This document shows positions 25,065-37,695 of a DNA stretch of 64,000 nt, piece by piece. The stretch covers positions 124,001 to 188,000 of the forward strand of contig JAYWIR010000081.1 in NCBI GenBank assembly GCA_036172245.1, read 5' to 3'. The notes below the pieces were generated by a model that did not search any database, was not told the DNA's origin, and saw only the letters and a program-made list of their open reading frames with translations. Made by a program: the position numbers and the translations under genes. Source of the stretch: Raillietiella orientalis (Eukaryota). Every line of letters begins with the position of its first letter. The first letter of the stretch is position 1.

Positions 25065-27264
25065 GATTGAAATCTACCGTTATCAGGTGAGCTTTCCGCA
25101 CGCTCGTGTCCGCCAGCCAGACGTGCTTCAGGGATTCCAGCAGCCTGGTGCGATCGCTGTATCCCTGTTTCCCTCTGGGTCGTACACATTCGTGAGGATC
25201 AATTTTATCGACTTGGACCAGCTGAGAATCAGGCGACCGACCCGACCGTCGTCATCGAAGCGCACGCCCTTCACGGCAGCATGGATGGCCGGCTTCACGA
25301 AGAACGCGACCCTGCAGGTGTTGCGGAGGCCGCACCGCCAATACAACCGACCTTCCGCGATCGTCTCGATCTTCTGGGCGGCTGCCGCGGTGATCACGTG
25401 GATCTCCTGCAGCAGGGCGAGGTCGAGCTCACGCAGGCTGTCAGCCGTATCTCGCCTGTTACCGTCGTCGCGCAGCCCGTTGACGTTCCAACAGGCGGCA
25501 AGAATCCGACGGCGACTGGCGATCCCAGGTGTTACTCCTGGGAAGATGGCGATGCGGCGTCCGCCACCTGCTGGTGCGGGACGCTAGGTGGAGGAGGAGG
25601 GTCAGGCGCTGCGTGCACCTGGTCCCCCTCCTCCATGGGTAACGGCGCGTCGAGCGGGTCACTTTCAGGTGGGGTCGCGCCTACCTGTTGGCCCTCCTCC
25701 ATGGGGGCGGGCTGTTCAGGCTCGGCGACTGCAGGGAGGACTTCGCCCCCCTGCTCACCCTCGTCCATGGGGGTGGCGAGCTCGACGGCTTCCGAGCGTG
25801 GGAGTTCCCCTTCCGGGATTCCCACGCTACCGCTAGCTTCCTGCTTCTCCTCCTCGCTGGTGGAGGGGAGGCGCCTCCTGGGTTTCTGGGACTAGCGTCC
25901 CGACTTCCTGGGGGGTGCCTCCGAGGAGGAGGATGCAATTCCGGCTCCCAGGTCCGACTCACCTGTGGGTTCTTTTTCGCGGGAGCCGGCCTTCACACGG
26001 CCTTGCCTGAGGAATTCTCACGCTCCGCCAGCGTGGCCGCGAGCTCCTCCGCCGCCTTGGCGAACGCGGCGTGCTCGGTGTCCACCGGCGCGTCGCGCGG
26101 CTCACCCTCTGTTTGCACAGAGGGTTCTCCATCGCGAACTTCGTGCGCGACGGAAACGGCGAGAGGAGGCTCGTCGCCGCGGGTGGCATCTTCCGGAACG
26201 ACGATACGTTTTAGTGCCTTACATGTTGCCAGCCCTCTTCACCTTCGGCCTCTTGGGAAGGTTTATCCTCCGTCTATTCTTTTGCAGGTTGAGGATCTGG
26301 CAGCTTCAGCCGGCCAGCGTCCGCCTTAGGTTTTTTGACCTTTAGTGCGCGTTTCCCCTGCGCCTTTTTCGCGGCAGGAGGAACCGGGGAGGAGCGTTTT
26401 GGGCACACAGGTCGAACGTGGTCCTTCTCCCCGCACATTTGGCATTGGATGTTAGGACACCTCTCGCGAAGGTGTCCTACGGTATCGCAGTAGCCGCAAT
26501 ACCGGGGCTTTCCCACGTACCAGAGGTCCACGCTCTCTTGCGCGACCTCCAGCTTGTGAAGAAGTCCACAGTCCTTACTCACGGTTACCCGCGCTGCAGC
26601 CTGGCCTCCGAAATACCTATTGAAGTCTTCAAAGATTGTTGGCTTAGGCCACAGCGCGTGCACCTCGCCGAACTTTTGTAGTTCTTGTGCTACCGCAGAG
26701 CGAGTGATACGGCTCGTTATTCCAGTGAGATGGACCACCACGGAGCGGTCCATCGTCACCGGCAAGATCTTGCGGCCTTCGACGTTCAACGGGTTGGTGA
26801 TCAGAGTCTGAGCCAAGGTGATCTCCTTGCACACCACCTCGACTCGCTGACCTCTGCTGAGAACGCACAAACCGTCAAGGTCATGTTCTCTTACTCCGTT
26901 GTTTTGCAGCGCTTTCGAAAACGCGCGTGCCGTTTAACCGTCAAATAAGGGGCCTACCTGGTACACCAAGCTGGGCTTGTACCCAGCTGCCCGGTAGGCC
27001 GCCATCTCGGCCACGGTTTCCGCGCTCGGCGCGGCCACCATGGCGCTCCAGCTCCTCGCCGTGGGCGGCAAGGCCGTTTCCGGGACGCAAGCCCCTGATT
27101 CTGTAGGCTGTGGGGTTGGGCAGGTATACCCTACGCCTACCTTCATCGTGGTGTCCTCAGGCATCGCTACCATCGGACACCAAAGATGTTCCACACCAAA
27201 CAACACAAGAAAAAAACCGCTTCCTGTCGACTCACTCGGGAGCGAAGGAAACCCACGTCCACTC
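25065..27264 (-). mobile_element. Family E element: 5' UTR, ORF1 and start of the APE
   Basis: CGYCDTVGHLRERC and CQMCGEKDHVRPVC knuckles; PM(E/D)EG repeats in the ORF1 tail; WNVNG, LQEIH; 5' motif GGACGTG at 27254-27260. Confidence 0.9.
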
Positions 27265-30097
27265 GCCAAGGGATTCGGCGAAAGGCGGAGGAACGACCGG
27301 GCATACCACCACGCCCGTCTTTACTCTAGGACTCCCGACGTTCGACGCCTGGCGGAGTATAAAGGTACGGCTGAGCGACAGACCTGGCAATCCGGGTGGG
27401 CCAGCTTGCTAGACGCCCAAGGCCAGATATGCTCAGCTCTGGCGAGAATAAATTGCATCCTGCGGGTCTATCACTCCTCCTTGTACGAGCGTAAAACAAC
27501 AGAGCGCGCCGTGACGCAGCGCTTGCTGCCGCGAGGCGCCTTCGCGCTAGAGGAGTAGCAGACACATCAACTCGAGGAGCATTTCTCTATGGCGGAGATC
27601 GTCTCCGTCATCGAAAAGCTCCGAAAGAGGAAAGCACTAGGAGAAGACGGTCTGCCCGCGGACTTCTACCAAGGCTTCGTGGCGGAGCTGGCCCCTTTGG
27701 TGCATTGGCTTTGCATGCTGATCCGAGAACAAGGGGATGTCCTCAAATCGTTCCGGTCAGCTAGAGTACGGCTCCTGCCGAAAGGAGGAGACAATCGCAA
27801 CGTAGGCAACTGGCGTCCCATCACAGTAGTGAATGCAAATGCGAAGCTGCTTGCCAAGCTTTGGGCTGAGCGACTGGCACGGATGGCGGAATCCGTAGTG
27901 AGTCCGGAGCAGACATACGCTGTTCCCCGACGAAGCATGGAGGCCAACATGTTCCTCGCCAGTACATGGTGGCAGTTGCAACAAAGCGAAGACCAAGGAG
28001 GTCAAGAGAATCCTGGATTCTCCTCTGACCGGGGAGGGGACGCTCTTCATGGAAGATCCGCGCGCAATGCCCTCGCGGTCGCAGTCGATCTCCGTAAAGC
28101 GTTCGATTGCGTCGACCGGGAACTCCTTCTGGAGCTCCTGGAACGCTTAAGATTCCCGGCCGTCTTCCGGGCTTACCTGCGCTCCTGCTGCGCTCCGCTC
28201 TAATAAACATCTCTTTTAGCGGCCGGCACGCGTACGGCGTGCCTGTTCGGCGTGGCATAAGGTAGGGTGACAGTCTGAGCCCCATGCCCTTCAGCATCTA
28301 CTTCGAGCTGGTGCTGAGGGCATACAGGGAGACTCTGGCAACCCTGCCAAGCTCGTGTCCCGGCTCGCCTGCCGTGTCGGCCTACGCCGACGACCTCCTG
28401 CTCCTGCTCCTAGGGTCCACCCGGCGTCGGCGCTAAAAGATTTCTTTGAGTTGCTGCGCCGCGGGACGTGCTCGAGGTGAACAGTGAGAAATCTTCCATC
28501 GTTCCAACATCACCAGTACTTTTAAACAATAGGGTATGGGCCGGACGGCCGCACTGGATCCGCTTGGGGATCCCCACGGGCAGGTGCTTCAAGTACCTTG
28601 GCGTTCCGTTGGGGGACTTCCGCGTTGCAGAAGCCTGGTCCGACCGTCTCCAAAAGGTGGAGTTTGCGATCGGCCCGTTCCGGAACGGCAGGTTTTACTT
28701 GCAGGAGCAAGCCGCGGTGTGGAACGCGTTCGCGGCCCCCCTGCTTCGCCCCTTACTTTTTGTTCGCCCCGCCGCTCTCATCATACAGAGACTAACCAAA
28801 GCCCTCTCGAGGACTTCCCTTTGGGGCACAGCGAGGTCGCGAGTCCGATGGAAAGACTCGTGCGCTCCACGCAGGGATGGTGGCTTAAGCCTCCTTACGT
28901 TGGAGCGCATCGAACTGCAAACAACACTTCGGAAGATAGCCCTTGCGGCTAGCTTATGGATGACGCCATGGTGCGTTCCGGCACGGCTCCTCGCCAGAAG
29001 AGCGACCGGCTGCGAAAACTTGTCCTCGATCCTCGTGCCTATGAGCGCATCATCTCCAACTGTGGCCCCGATTTGCGCTAGATGGTCGCCCTGATGAGGG
29101 AGAATTCCTTGATCTCCTGCCTCTTCGCGAACTGTACTGCCTGGCTCCAGGAGTCAGCTTCCGCGCGGGCCAAGATCAACGGCACGAGCGACGCGGAATA
29201 CAACTGCCTACGACGAAGACCGTACGCTCGAAAGCCGCTGCAGGATATTATCAACACGCCCCGGAAGTTTCTATGAGCTCCTTTCAGCCCCCTTGCCCCC
29301 GTTCTGTCCTCCCTAAAAAACACTAGGAGCAGCAACCAGCGGGCATCGTGTGAAGTGTCCTGCCTCATCCGAGGCTCAAAAGAACCTTTAAAGGCGTGGA
29401 CGACTCGGGAGCTCACGGACGGTGCCACCCCGAGCGTCCCTCCTCACGGACTTGCGCGCTGGGAAGTGCTCCTCGCGATACCTCCGGAGGAGGTGAAGTG
29501 GCCCCCAACGTGTTGGGATTGCGGCACACTTCCGTTGAAGTGGCAGGAGATGGCGTTGCTATTTCTGCACTGGGGACTGTTAAGCAAAGCACGCCTGTCT
29601 CACTGGACACTGGGAAATGTGGATGCCCGTTGTGTCCATTGCGGAGAAAGAGAAACCTTCCCGCATCTCACCCTCGAGCGTGTTGCCTTGGATGGACTCT
29701 GGAGTAGAATCGCCCCAATCCTCCATCTTCCTGTAGGCAACCCTAATGAAATTTACCGTCGCCTCTTTCTGCGAGACGGCGTGCGCCCCGCTGCGTCTCT
29801 AGCAGTCCTCTGCTGCGTGCGCGGCATTGTGCAAAGGTGGCACGCCAGAAGAAGAGGCTCAAGATGCAGGGACGCCATCTACTGGACGACGATCGCTTTA
29901 GAGACAACGACAAGGTGGCGTCTACCTTTCACACTAAAAACCGAACTTGACTGCATCCTCAACAGGATGCCGAGGACCGACCCAGGCGCCCAGTGATCCC
30001 TTCCCTGATCCCCCTTCTCCCCATATAACTATTTCCCTCCCCGTTATCTCTCTTAATGTTTGTTTCTGTTCTAGTTTTCCCTTCCCATGCGCCTCCG
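27265..30097 (+). mobile_element. Family I element (copy K): decayed ORF2 from GFGE to the C-terminus; 3' UTR truncated
   Basis: KALGEDG, WRPIT, DLRKAFD, YADD, CVHCG; protein and 3' UTR closely match 42071-45000. Confidence 0.9.
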
Positions 30098-32699
30098 CCA
30101 TCAACAGGCTGAAGAACAGGAAGACACCAGAGGAGGAAGGCCTGCCCGCGGAGTTTTACAAACACTTCGCGCCAGAGCTGGCCTCCCTGGTGCTCAGGTT
30201 AAGTACGCTGATCCACGAACACGGCGAAGTTTTCGCCTCGTTCCGGTCAGCATAAGTACGTCTCCTGCCGATGTCAGGAGACTTACGCAACATTAGGAAC
30301 TGGCGTCCCATCGCAGTAGTGAATGCGGACGCAAAGTTGTATGCCAAGTTGTTGGCTGAGCGCTTGGGGCGGGTGGCCGCTTCCGTGATCAGTCCGGAGC
30401 AGACCTATACTGTTCCCTGACGAACCATGGAGTCAAACCTGCTTCTCGCCAGCACATGGTGGCAGTTGCGACAACGCTTTGGCCAGGAAGGTCAAGGGAG
30501 TCTTGTGCTCCCCTCTAACCAGGAAAATCGGATAGAGGGTGGCAGTGACTCGGCGGGAGCCTTTGCAGTCGCGGACGACTTGCGCAAAGCATTCGACTGC
30601 GTCGATTAGGAACTGCTTTTGGAGCTCCTGGAACGCATGGGTTTCCCGGCCGTGCTCCAGTCCTACCTGCGCTCCTGCTGGCGCAACGCGTCAATTAATA
30701 TTGGTTTCAGCGGCCGGCACGTGTACGGTGTGCCAGTCCGCCGCGGTATCCGGCAGGGTGACAGCCTGAGCCCCTTGCTCTTCAGCATCTACTTCGAGTT
30801 GGTGCTGAGGGCATACAGGGTAACTCTGGCAACCCTGCCGAGCTCGTGTGCCGGCACGCCTGCCGTGTCGGCCTAGGCAGACGATCTTCTGCTGCTGCTT
30901 CCCGGGTCCACCCCGGCGAGTGCACTCGAGGACTTCTTCGAGTTGCTGCGCCAAGGGACGGGCCTGGAGGTGAACAGGGCGAAGTCGTCCATGGTCTTCG
31001 TCGGTTTGGCGTGGGCTGGACGGTCGGACTGGATCCGCTTGGGGATCCCCACGGGCAGGTGCTTCAAGTAGCTCATCGTACCGTTGGGGGACTTCTGCGC
31101 AGCAGAAGCCTGGTCCGACCGTCTCCAAAAGGCAGCGTTGGCGATCGGTCCGTTCCAAGAAGGCAAGTTCTACTTGGAGGAACGGGCCGCGGTGTGGAAC
31201 GCGTTTGCGGATCCCCTCCTTCGCCTTCTACTTTTTGTTTGCCGCGCCCCTTATTTTATTAGGAAACGAGCAGCGGGTCTACTGAGTACAGTTCTTTGGG
31301 GCAAAAAGAGGTCCCGTGTGAGGCTCAGAGACTTGTTCGCTCCACGTAAGGACGGTGGACTTGGCGTACTTGCGCTGGAGCGCATGAAACTACAACTTAG
31401 ATTCAGGACTCTCGCCCATGCGGCAAAATTGTGGGACACGCCTTGGTGCGTTCCAGCACGCCTCCTGGCCCAACGAGCCTGCGGATTCGACGGACTTTTG
31501 TCGTTTCTGTCTGCGCGCGCCTGCAGAAGACCATACTGTGGCTCTATGCTGCGACGCATCTTCGTTGCGGTTCGGGAGAACGCCTGGATCTCCTGCCTCC
31601 CAGGGCACTACTCCGCCTGGTTGCACGAGTCAGTTTCCACCTGGGAAAAGATCCACGTTCCGGCGGGCACAAGGAACACTTGTATGAAAAGGCACGCCTG
31701 CTGGTTGCTGCAGGAGATCGTGCAGTCCCACGACAAGCTTCTGTGGGCCTTGATAACCCCCTTCGCTTCAGTGCTGCCCTTTTTTGTGAATGCCAGGGAC
31801 AGTAGCGAGCAGGGGAAATGGACCGTTTCCTGCACTATAGGCGGCAGGACACAATCGATAAAGGCGTGGACATCTCGGCAGCTAGCTGACGCTGCGACGC
31901 CGAGTGTCCCGCCCAACGGAATTCGACTCTGGGGTTAGCTACTCGGACTATCTTCGGAGGAGATGAAGTGGCCCCTAGCGTCCTGGAACAGTGCATCCCT
32001 CCCCCTGAAATGGCAGGATGTGGCGTTGCTTTTTGTACTCTGGAGATTACCATTCAAAGCACGTCTGCACCACACAACCCGGGGGGCTGTGGATCCCAAT
32101 TGGTACCGGTGTGGGGAAAAAGAAACATTCCTCCACCTTGTCCTTGAGTTTAGCGCCCTCTGCCCTTTGTGTGATCGTCCCGGGGCGATCCTGGACTTGC
32201 GCGGATGCGGCCCAAAGGACGTTTTCAGGCGCCTCTTCTGTAGTGACGCCTTGTCCCCGCCTGCTAGTGTAGCAGTCCTCTGCTGCATCAGAGGAATAGT
32301 GGCGGCTTGGAACGCCAGCAGAAGAAGGCGTCAGCCAGCCGGCAACGCGTTACACTGGACTCGCCTTTTCGCGCGCAGTGTCTGCAAGTGGCGCCACTTG
32401 GGCGCTGAAAGGACTCAGCTTGTGCGGATCCTGAATAGGATCTAGAGGACCTTTCCACGCGCACCGTGATCCCTTCCCGGTCCTCCCACCCCTACAACAT
32501 TTGTTCCCCCCCCAATTTAAACTTTTTGTTTCTTTTTGTTTTTTTTTATTTCTTATCCCCGCGCATCGGAAGGATCTCTCCGGCATGGAGCTTATAACCA
32601 GGAAGCTGTTTTGGAGTGGTAAACCTTCGAGTTCGCCACGCGATATTTCATGTATTTTTATTTCAAGGAAATAAATGCTTCGGCACACCCGGGTGTGAA
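30098..32699 (+). mobile_element. Family F element, 3' part (decayed RT, zinc finger, 3' UTR)
   Basis: Colinear with 46423-49030 on the minus strand; AATAAA 32670 and terminal CCGGGTGTGAA. Confidence 0.9.
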
Positions 32700-33287
32700 T
32701 CGCTCCCCTACCTCTTAGTTGATTGCTTTGCCGTCCTCATTCTTTGGGATCGTCTCAAATCGGCCCTTGGTTTACCGGATGGTGGCAACGTCAGTTGCGT
32801 TTAAGGTCTCTTCTTGGTGCGGGACGCTCTCAGTCCAGTGCTGCCTGAACTGCGGCGCCGCAGTTCAGGCAGCACTTTGCTGCATTCTTGGTATCGTGGT
32901 GGCCTGGAGTGATGCCGAAGATGAAGATTACATCGTGAGGGACGTCATCGAATATGCTGTTGGCTTGCTGCAGAGAGCTACATGATGGCTCTGTCTGGGA
33001 AAAATGAAAATAGAACTCGAAGGCATCCTGCAAAGGATGAGTTTTCCAAGCAGTTGCTGTGATCCCTTCCCGGTCCTCCTAACTTCTTTTTTTTTCTCTC
33101 TCTCTCTTTTTATTTTATTTCTGTTTTCTCCTATATCCCCCTTCACTGCCGAGAAGAGCCACACCGAGGTGCGTCCTGGTGACTTGCCCGTTCCGGTATT
33201 GCGTGGCCGTCAGTAAGGCCCAGTACCACGTTCTGTATTGACTGTAGAAATCTTTTTTAATAAACGTTCCGGCGTACCCGGGTGGAA
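32700..33287 (+). mobile_element. Family L 3' terminal fragment (end of zinc finger plus 3' UTR)
   Basis: ESLPYLLVDC...AALCCILGIVVAW...GILQRM; T-rich UTR; AATAAA 33259 plus hairpin. Confidence 0.82.
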
Positions 33288-34555
33288 TCGAGGAATCCTA
33301 GAGGAAGTTGATGGAGGGGAAACTGGTCGCAGAACTCTCGGACTGAGCGTTTTATTTTGTCCCAGTCAGCGAGTGTGTGCAGTTCACTTCCACGCAGGAA
33401 TGCACGCATATGTTCGCGCGCTCCTGCGAGTCGCAACCAGTCCCCCGGCAGGCGCCACGTTTCGGAGGGTGGACTTCTGTCTCGCGGATAATTGGTGAAC
33501 ACTTGCCGAGGGTGATTGGGCAGATTCGACGCAAGTGCGCCTTGAGTCCTTACCCGCGTGCACAGATGGTTATCGAGGAACACGTTGTCGATTCTGCGTC
33601 TCACGTCGGCTTCCGCGGCCAACAAGTTACGCGCGTGCATTGATACACACAACTCGTTAACCAGTTGTGCTCTTATGTCGGGCGCTTCCGACCGCAGGCG
33701 GACGTTGAAGTCTCTTGCTATCAGGTGCTCCAGCAGCACGCCTGCTTTGGCCAACCTGTCTCGCCGCAGGGCTTCGAAGAACGCAGTGCGTTCTCCGCGC
33801 CTTTGGCTGCTGCAGGGCGCGTATACGTTCGTGACCACGAGGTCGATCGAGTCGGACCACTTGAGGACAAGTTGCCCAACTGGATCTTCCTCGTCGAACT
33901 GTACACTGAGCAGTTTCTTTGCGACGGCTGGCTTCAGCAGGAAGGCCAATCCGCGGGAGTGGTCTCCACCGGATCGCCAAAGTAGCCTTCCCCCTGTGAG
34001 CCTCTCGATCTCCTGGAATTGTTCTCCCCTGAGGGCGTGAACCTCTTGAAGGAGTGCCAGGTCGAATGATCGCAGGTTGTCCTCCACGCTACGCTTTTTT
34101 CTTTCTCTACGCAGCCCGTTGACATTCCAACAGGCTATACGCCGCTGCCGGTAAGAGTCGATTCGACGCATCAAGCTAATGACAGTGGTGGCGATTTTGT
34201 AGCCGCCTCCTGTTCGGGAGGCGGCTGGTCCATGTGCACATGCATGGACTGCGTTTCCGCAACGACCGGATCAACGGCAGCCGGACAGAAGTCGATCGGA
34301 AGATCGGACCGGGCGGTTTCCACGATGGGATCCCGCGACCTCGTGGACATCGTCTCCTCGCTACCCGACCGCATTTCCTCCTCCTCAGCCTGAGGAAGAG
34401 CGAAACGCATAGTGTTGCGGGACTCCCAACCCGCCTTTGTCTTCAAGAGGGCTGCAGGGGAAGCGTTGCCGGCTTATGCCTCGGGCTCGAACGTTTCCGC
34501 TCCTTTGGCTTCCGCCGGGCGTCTCACAGCCTTCTTGACAGCCTTGAGAATCTGC
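33288..34555 (-). mobile_element. Element fragment M: ORF1 tail and open APE domain (34171-33288)
   Basis: 305-aa ORF with WNVNG, LQEVH, NVYAP, RDFN, RIDN; TGATG stop-start at 34169-34173. Confidence 0.88.
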
Positions 34556-34603
34556 CTTCTTTCTAGATGAAGAAGGCCAGGAGCATTTATCGGCAGCGCA
34601 GGA

Positions 34604-36767
34604 TTATCACCTGGGTGAGCCGGGGCTGTTATTACTAAAATTTCTTAATTAGAAAAACTTCTATAATGAAGTCTTGATTTGTTAAATAAAGTGTGTTTTC
34701 TTTTTCTATCCTTTCTTCAGTCAGGAACCGTAGCCCGACTGTCTTGAAGCACTTGTTCTTACCGTCTCGAAGTCCGATAAGTTCCTCCACACTGGCGAAG
34801 GGGCGGGAAAAACAAAAATAAAGAAAAAAAAGGAAACGCTTAGGAGGTAATGTTCTTCGGAAGGGGGAAGAAATGGAAGAAATCACGGCACCCCGTGAGG
34901 AGGCCTCTGCATCCGGTCACGGTAGCGCACGAGTGCCTGTAAACGTTTTCCAAGTCGGCGCCAACGGCAGGCCTTCTCTAAGGAGATGATTGCCCAGTGG
35001 ATGGCATTCCGACTGGCATGTCCTCTCCTTGACGCGGTTTTCTTGTCCAGTATTCCGCGTTTGCAAAAGAGCACTGCGACACACGGAAGCTGGCAAGGCG
35101 TCCCGCATCACGAGTCAGAAGATGTTCTTCGGGTTGCCCCGGGGAATGTTCAAGATCGACGATAGTCGGTCAAACATATCGCTTAGGGCAACGCACTCAA
35201 TAATCAGATGAGGTAAGGTTTCTCTTTCCCCACAGTCTGTGCAATTAGCATCCACACTCTCCGATGTCCAGTGAGACAAGCGCGCTCTGCTTAAAAGTCC
35301 CCAATGGAGCAGAAGCAACGGCGTCTCCTGCCACTGCAGGGGAAAGGGTGCCGTTATCCCACGACGCCGGATGCCACTTCACCTTCTTCGGAGGTACTTC
35401 GAGCAGCGCGCTCCAGCGTGAAAGTCCCTTCGGCGGGACACTCGCGGTACTATCCTCTGCTCGTTCCCTGGATGTCCACGTCTTCAATAATTTTTTCCTG
35501 CCTCCGATGAGGCAGGACACTTCCCACGATGCCTCCTGCTGGCTGTTTCGAACTTCCCTTAGGGAGGGGAGCACTGGGGCGAGAGAGGTAAAGGAGGCCC
35601 ACAGACGCTTCCGTGGACTTTTGACGATCTCCTGCAGTGGCTTACCAGCGTGCCTGCCTCTCCGGAGGCAGCAGAAGTCCTCCTCGCTGGAGCCGTTGAT
35701 TTTAGCTAATACGGAAACCGATTCCTGGAGCCAGGTTGTCCAGTCCGCAGGGATGGAGAAGATCCACGGATTGTCTCTCAACAGGGCAACCAAGTCCCGC
35801 AGCTGAAAACCACAGAGGTTAAGGCTGCGGTCGTTGGCTACTAGAATTCAGGTCAATCCAAGGCAGCCGTTTGCCCTGTGAGGCAGGAGTCTTGATGGTG
35901 CACACAAAGGTGCGGTCCAGTACTTTGCCACAAGGGCAAGTTTACGGAATTGGAGCTGTCGCTCTATTCGCTCCAGCGTCAGGAGGCCAAGTCCACCATG
36001 CCTGCGTGAAGCGCACAGGTCTTTAAGATGGACGCGGGGTTTTTGATTGCCCCAGAGGGCTTTTCTAATGAGGCCCCTTGTCCTTATACGAATTTGGGGA
36101 GGGGTGAGGCATGCAAAAAGTAGGGGGCGGAAGACGGAAGCCGCAAAAGCGTTTCACACCACGGCTCGTTCCTGCAACTAAACTTGCCGTCCCGGAACGG
36201 GCCGATAGCCAACTCCACCTTTTGGAGATGCTCGGACCAGGCTTCTGCAGTGCAGAAGTCCCCCAACGGAACTCCAAGGTACTTGATGTACCTGCCCGTG
36301 GGGATCCCCAAGCGGATCCAGTCCGACCGTGCTGTTCGCGATGTGTCCGTTAGAAGTAACGACGACTTCGTCCTGTTTACCTCAAGGCCTGTCTCACGGT
36401 GCAGCTACTCAAAGAAATCCTGGAGCGCCGATGCCGGAGTGCACCCGGGAAGCAGGAGCAGAAGGTCGTCGGCATGAGCCGACACGGCAGGCGTGCCGGG
36501 ACATCCGCTCGGCTGGGTTGCCAAAGAATCCCTGTATGCCCTCAGGACAAACTCAAACTAGATGCTGAAGAGCAGAGGGCTCAGGCTGTCATCCTGCCGG
36601 ATGCCGCGACGAAGCGGCACGCCTTACAAGTGACGGCCGCTGAAATTGATGGTTATCAGTGCGAACAGCCAGCAGGAGCGTAGGTTTGTCATTAAGACGG
36701 CCGGAAATCCCTAGCGTTTCAGGATCAACAGGAGGAGCTCCTGGTCGACGCAATCCAAAGCCTTACC
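34604..36767 (-). mobile_element. Family G element, 3' part (RT from KALDCVDQ to the 3' end)
   Basis: RQDDSLSP, HADD, KYLGVP, CTDCG...HL..EC; terminal hairpin 34604-34633. Confidence 0.88.
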
Positions 36768-37681
36768 CCAGTAAGGGAGGAGGTCTTTTCTCGGTGCTTT
36801 TCATGCCGGGAACCGTCCCTACGTGTAAGCTTCTTGTGTGGTGGTAATCGATCATTCAGCAATGCATGACACGACCAACAGTGTGTGTCAGGGGGCGGTT
36901 GCAACGTCGCTTCCTGAAAAAATGGAGTGACAGGGGCGGCGGCAACGTCGCCTCTAGAGAAGTTTGAGTGCCAGGGGGCGGCGGCAACGTAGCCTTCAGT
37001 GGCAAAGGAGTTAGGGGCGTCCGCCCTTACACAACCGGTCATTGCTGCAGCGCGGGCGTGAGGCGCCGTCGTGTCGGCGCCATCGCCTGCAGCCGCGGCG
37101 GAATTACCTGCCTACGTAGAAGAGGGGTATAACCCATCGCTATTAGATTGTGTTGCCCTTCAGCCCCTTGGGTTCCGCTTTTCCGCGGCCATCGGTATCC
37201 CGTGCGGCAACCCCAGGTACGCACTAAAAGCCTTCTTTGTTGTTGACGCCCATGGGCTAGCCTCCTCGATAGCAGCCTTGTGCTGCCTTCGTGGAATCGT
37301 CGCCGCATGGAGCACGGCTACGTGAGGACCAAGCGATCAGGATGCCATCCATTGCGCCTCCCAAATCCCGAGGAGGGCGTCGCGATGGCTCCACCTGGAT
37401 GTTCACATCAAACAAGAGCTTGCCTGCATCCTGGGAGGAATGATGCGGCCCAGCAGCATCAGAGGTCCTTTCCCGTTCCCTCCGACCCTTTGTTTCTTTT
37501 TGTTTAGTTTTTTGTTTTTCCTCTTTCCCCCGCTGCCTTGGTGGACCGTACCGGTCTAGAAACCGGTAAATTGGCAGGCTCCGTTGTTCTTCCCTTCTGG
37601 CTGGAGCATCGCCACAGCCATAAATAATTTCATCATAAAGTTTATTTTTCAACAAACGACCCTGAGAAATCCGGGTGAAAA
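36768..37681 (+). mobile_element. Family C miniature or chimeric copy: 5' end joined at ~37143 to the 3' end
   Basis: 5' UTR and ORF1 start align with 11987-12320; remainder aligns with ~14895-15439 and ends in AAATCCGGGTGAAAA. Confidence 0.85.
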
Positions 37682-37695
37682 TCGAACGCCTAATA

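Noticed and set aside
28190..31100. Frequent in-frame TAG/TGA suggesting an alternative genetic code
   Set aside because: Stops are copy-specific, replace different residues, co-occur with frameshifts and are absent from the sister copy at 46679-48934; this is ordinary decay.
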